Shown here: piece after piece, positions 60,901 through 64,000 of the stretch | Layout: every line of letters starts with the position of its first letter | Numbering within the stretch: position 1 is the stretch's first letter | Assembly (NCBI GenBank): GCA_963675745.2 | Contig: CAXXWX010000019.1 | Span: forward strand, 96,001 to 160,000 | Direction: 5' to 3' | DNA: 64,000 nucleotides | Source: Phycisphaerae bacterium | GTDB taxonomy: Bacteria; Planctomycetota; Phycisphaerae; UBA1845; Fen-1342 | The notes under the pieces: generated by a model | Database searches by the model: none | What the model was told of the DNA's origin: nothing | The model's input: the letters and a program-made list of their open reading frames with translations, nothing else | Program-made: the position numbers and the translations under genes

Positions 60901-63031
60901 CGGCTGGTCCGACGCCGGATCGGTCTGGGAGTCCGACGAGCACACCGATCGCGACCCGCGTGTCGTGTTCGTGAATGACACAACCGCCGTCCTGCTCTGG
61001 ATCCGCAATGAGCTGACGCACGCAGAGACTGCGGCGCTTACTGGTGATGTCGCTGGGCTGAACACATACTTCAAGAGCCAGGAGGTCTACTACGCGATGT
61101 GGCTGGCTGGCGTGGGTTGGACCCCGCCTCAACGCGTGACCAACAATACATTTGCCGAGCAGATGCCCAAGCTCGCCGCCGACTCTTTGGGGCGCGCCTG
61201 GGCGACGTGGTTCCGCGTCGACGCCGCCGAGCCGTTTCTCGAGGACCCCATCGGTGATCCGGTGCTCCAGGTGTATGAAACATCTCTGCTTGCGCTCGCA
61301 CTCGACCCGGCGCTGGGCCCGATCGGACCCGAGCAGCTCATTACCGGTGACGACGCGGCAGTGCCGGCCGCTGATTATGCCGGGGAAGTTGCATTCTCCC
61401 CGCTCGGCGGGGAGGACGCAGGCATGGTGGTATGGGTCCGTGAGCGACAGGATGGGACGCGAGACCTGATGTACTCACAGTGCGAGGCAGGCATGTGGAC
61501 CACGCCGGCCGTCGCATACGACGGCACGACCTACCCCGGTATCGACATGCCGAGCCTGGCGCTCAGCAGCCGTGACAGCGCCGTCGTTGGGTTCATCAGC
61601 GATCCAAACACCACAGTGGAGGCTGTCCGCGTCGGGTTGACCGGCGGCGAGCTCCTGGCCGGACATATCACGCGCGACGGCCCGAGCTTTAATTTCACGC
61701 CGCCACCGACGGTCAACTTCCTGCGCTGCGTAACCAGCACTGATCCTGCGGTGGTCACATCCAACCCGTACTACGCACGCTGGCCGCAGGTACTGCACCT
61801 TGGCGGCAACAAGTTCGGCGTGATCGCCCGGAGCATGTCCAACCCGCGCCAGTATGACCCCGACGGGGAAGTCGGTTTTGCAGTAGCGGATTTTGCGCTG
61901 CCAGACGCCACTTGGCATGTGGCCAATCTCACTGACGACGATCAGATCGACGCGGAAATCGGTGCCACGGTGGTCGGCGACAAAGTGCGTGTGATTCGCA
62001 CAATCGGCCCAGAGCTGATTACAACCGGCGTTGTCGACGTCATCGACTTCGACCTGCTGCCCGATCTCGCTATCGTCGACGCACAGCTTTCAAACCGCTT
62101 CGCGGCACCAGGGCAGTTGCTGCGCGTGCACGTGGCAACGCGCAATCTCGGGTTCCGCTCGGCCTCCGCAAGCCACCAGGACACCGTTGTGCGCGTCGGG
62201 TACGTCGATGACGCTTCGTTTGTGGAGTTGGGCAACGTCGCGTTTACGTTTGACGTCGCTCCTGGAGAGATCGCGCAGGTTGCGGTGGATATCGTCACAC
62301 CGCTAGACGTCAGCTTGCTACGCATCCAGGTAGATCCGTTGGGCGAGGAGACCGTCCTCGACAACAACGAACTCGGCATCGCAATCGGCGTACAACCGCC
62401 GCAAGGGCTCACGTGCCGTGTTGTCCCGGTCGGGGACCAGGAGTATATTCGGCTGCGGTGGGACAACGCAGACATCTACGACCGGATCCTCGTGTACCGC
62501 GATGGACAGCGCATTGCTCAACTGCGCGGCGATGCGACGGAGTATGCTGACACAGATGCCGAGTTTGGACCGCATTCCTGGTCATTGCGGGGCGTCGTCC
62601 TCAGCACCCGTTCGCCGCAGGCTAGCGCAATCTGCGACGGCAGCGTATGCCCGCTCGGCGACCTCGACTGCGATGGCGAGACCAGCAATGAGGATCTGTC
62701 GTTGTTCCTCGGTTGCATCTCTGGGCCATATGAGCCATATGACTTCGGCTGTGAACTCGCCGACATGTCCGGCGACGGTGACGTTGATCTGGCTGACTGC
62801 ATGAGGTTTCAGCGTCGATTCAGCGCGACGGCATGGACAGTCGGCGACCTCAACTGCGACGGCTGGGTGAATAACGGCGACATCGACCCATTCGTGTTCG
62901 CCTTGTCGTATCCCGAACTGTACGCCGACGAGTACCCGGGTTGTAACATCATGCTCGGCGATATCAACGGCGACGGTTGGATGAACAACGGCGACATCGA
63001 TGCGTTCGTCGAACTGCTGGCCGGCCAATAG
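57905..63031 (+). CDS. Large secreted multidomain protein (IPT/TIG, PKD-like, CARDB-like) with dockerin-like tails
   Basis: Signal peptide, GTVGQPDA..GFW module, ADDPDG, LPDLAI, terminal GDLDCDG/GDLNCDG repeats. Confidence 0.82.
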   Translation: MRSAIKTIVAITVLTLTVLSVDLPTRADDGVTGEPNHPAARNPGATVPWYSHDAGGARGTSSSYQVLGTVGQPDASTVLITPGGLQLTAGFWQPFITPQIDRVSPPLLDSAGGTPIQIFGQGFGPGLTVRINGATVTNLVVIDQWRMTALAPANPAGTYDVDIIQTAAGAAVATLPEAVSYGTARARPIADLESAHLGDRIVFSWSNPLVYDQIFISGSDGSEYTLPGDATSFVVSPAPPDLSAEYTLTPSIQGEPAHASVATVVHPTINMTCEREGVDRLGHITNRSIRLRGDARDVAGAYFSTTLPYDYGFKLVALLKRGSNTTNTGALRADLYDISDPNITVATASYGDLAKFTSFKLEVAQFTGLLPAGDYGVRLYVDGGAPDIVEFEVMEYFKDGETLPDPGPPYPCPPYAAFFVSPNVCGEIPPVVSGIELNRVTEAENGVLGVVAEAIADDPDGEVVEYEWRLVSESPLSEKSDDSSVIARVTLTPVELMFIWQWYFTVPEYGDYNVRVWVRDNDGLRAWGSKTLQVYPPGDPPAAGQGPRVSHLSPDPNDGPLSLVPGVSALDPNTPAVFQEFRAYVQSQPGTMVANVSMELRDADDDTLLAPAESATTALTGAAGFWHARFNISALPRREQVVLRIHASDSAGIPSATDWLLTLSPIFDADCLNYVKTDLTYDPNAGQYDVAFTLPDDPNWFNCPITIPVIDVELQNRVVASFKTAFRLLEGLWSSEKLRGEIIAEFFSIDVLDKSWEANAVGEPTEAPEFGADYELVSTRKLHDTLKFDKYLLNDYPLYEMLFFRVTLDVRILAWYDTLLKNVLLNLFGDEPCVGLSATALPCGRADAEGTVKVSAVVAWVEGGAHGKILGAFPITLDYVPPASIRPTFGWCFKFNISWFARVCYDVWFSSGCEEIGGDLINTHIQGPGDRDTCSQIEPCDFGDIELSRPLRQANAPFHSPDQASSPDGQHTIAVWIDNGDPNGPTYKPDVFFKVDSGGGWSDAGSVWESDEHTDRDPRVVFVNDTTAVLLWIRNELTHAETAALTGDVAGLNTYFKSQEVYYAMWLAGVGWTPPQRVTNNTFAEQMPKLAADSLGRAWATWFRVDAAEPFLEDPIGDPVLQVYETSLLALALDPALGPIGPEQLITGDDAAVPAADYAGEVAFSPLGGEDAGMVVWVRERQDGTRDLMYSQCEAGMWTTPAVAYDGTTYPGIDMPSLALSSRDSAVVGFISDPNTTVEAVRVGLTGGELLAGHITRDGPSFNFTPPPTVNFLRCVTSTDPAVVTSNPYYARWPQVLHLGGNKFGVIARSMSNPRQYDPDGEVGFAVADFALPDATWHVANLTDDDQIDAEIGATVVGDKVRVIRTIGPELITTGVVDVIDFDLLPDLAIVDAQLSNRFAAPGQLLRVHVATRNLGFRSASASHQDTVVRVGYVDDASFVELGNVAFTFDVAPGEIAQVAVDIVTPLDVSLLRIQVDPLGEETVLDNNELGIAIGVQPPQGLTCRVVPVGDQEYIRLRWDNADIYDRILVYRDGQRIAQLRGDATEYADTDAEFGPHSWSLRGVVLSTRSPQASAICDGSVCPLGDLDCDGETSNEDLSLFLGCISGPYEPYDFGCELADMSGDGDVDLADCMRFQRRFSATAWTVGDLNCDGWVNNGDIDPFVFALSYPELYADEYPGCNIMLGDINGDGWMNNGDIDAFVELLAGQ

Positions 63032-63193
63032 GCCGCCGCCGGTGGGGGAACAGGTGTACCGCCGGGCTCGGCGCGCTCAATGAGCGTGTTGGGGACGGGG
63101 TGTGCGATGCCGTGAGCAGGAGTTGCTGACCACTAACCCCAGGCCATGCCTGAATCCCCTCCGCGCTGCGCGCATGGAACGCCGTTACCGCGG

Positions 63194-64000
63194 CTACTCA
63201 TCCCCGTTTGCGGGGCTCGCCGCCGGCTCGCTGGTGGGTTGCGTCGTCGCCGGCCGGCTCTCCGTCGTCGTTGGGTGTGTGGTGGCTTGCCACTCCTCCA
63301 GCTTCGCGCGCCACTCGGCGGCCTTGGCGTCGTAGCCTCCGTCCTGCTCTGAGGTATGCCAGCCGTCGTAGAGCTTGACGATGCGATACAGCGCTGCGCG
63401 TTTGCGGGCGTCACTTGCAGCAGAGTCATCCTTCATTCCCCTGTAGCCCTCCAGGAGCATCGGCTCCGCCTCCGGCAACCTACCCTGTCCAGCAACCGAC
63501 TCGCCCAGCATGCTCATCGTGTTGAACCGCAGCCAGTGGTCGGACATCACCTTCTCGCGAATGTCCAGGCACTCGCGCAACAACGGCTCCGCTTCCTGGT
63601 ACCTTTGCTGTTGGATGAGGTTCCAGCCCAGCATTGCAAGCGCGTATGCAACAGAAGGGGCGCTGCTCGGCTGCGCGCTTCGTTGGGCGTCCAATGCTTG
63701 GCGGTAAAAGGGCTCCGCTTCGGCATGCTGACCCAGAGATTCCAGGCACAGGGCCACGTTGTTCAGGCTCGTCTCCACGGCAGGATGATCTCTGGGATGG
63801 AGCCGCTGGGTCATCGCCAGTGCCGCTTCATACTTGGGCAGCGCCTCCGCCGACCGGCCCAAGGCTTCCAGGCAATGCGCCACATTGTGCAGGCTCGCCG
63901 CTACGTCGGGATGGTCGCCTTGATAGAGCCGCTGCTCTATCTCCAGCGCTGCTTCATACATGCGCAGCGCCTCGGCCGACCGGCCCAGTGAGTGTAGGCA
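63194..64000 (-). CDS. C-terminal part of a TPR-repeat protein (5' end outside the window; resembles Ser/Thr kinase-TPR tails)
   Basis: GDHPDVAASL repeats; QGRLPEAEPMLLEGY..LYDGW...AAEWR. Confidence 0.8.
   Translation of the reverse strand, partial: CLHSLGRSAEALRMYEAALEIEQRLYQGDHPDVAASLHNVAHCLEALGRSAEALPKYEAALAMTQRLHPRDHPAVETSLNNVALCLESLGQHAEAEPFYRQALDAQRSAQPSSAPSVAYALAMLGWNLIQQQRYQEAEPLLRECLDIREKVMSDHWLRFNTMSMLGESVAGQGRLPEAEPMLLEGYRGMKDDSAASDARKRAALYRIVKLYDGWHTSEQDGGYDAKAAEWRAKLEEWQATTHPTTTESRPATTQPTSEPAASPANGDE

Overview
GC-rich bacterial window, probably from a planctomycete of class Phycisphaerae (inferred from PEP-CTERM proteins, GDLNCDG dockerin-like tails and REP-like repeats). (1) 0.2-11 kb, minus strand: arginine operon argR-argG-X-argC-argF'-argB-argE-argH, followed by a GT-C/TPR membrane protein. 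It has an N-acylornithine-type transcarbamylase, no argA, argJ or argD, and an uncharacterised DUF1611-like P-loop protein (X) overlapping argG and argC. (2) 11-20 kb: two-component signalling cluster whose last kinase is cut off by an IS110 remnant. (3) 20-25.4 kb: two homologous units downstream of tRNA-Ser(CGA), each starting with the tRNA 3' end plus an Rhs core; the proximal one has a toxin tip and a putative immunity gene. (4) 25.5-48 kb: decayed integrative element with an atypical tyrosine recombinase, a Zn-finger Rep-like gene, a hairpin-rich spacer, DnaB-like and UvrD helicases, IS630, FGE-sulfatase surface proteins, two ADP-ribosylglycohydrolases and an AAA/DUF3150 pair. A 14-bp palindrome recurs three times in this element. 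(5) 48-64 kb: secreted TPR-CHAT protease, IS remnants, a fibre-like protein paired with a large dockerin-tailed protein, and a partial TPR gene. All family calls come from recognising motifs by eye; no searches were run.
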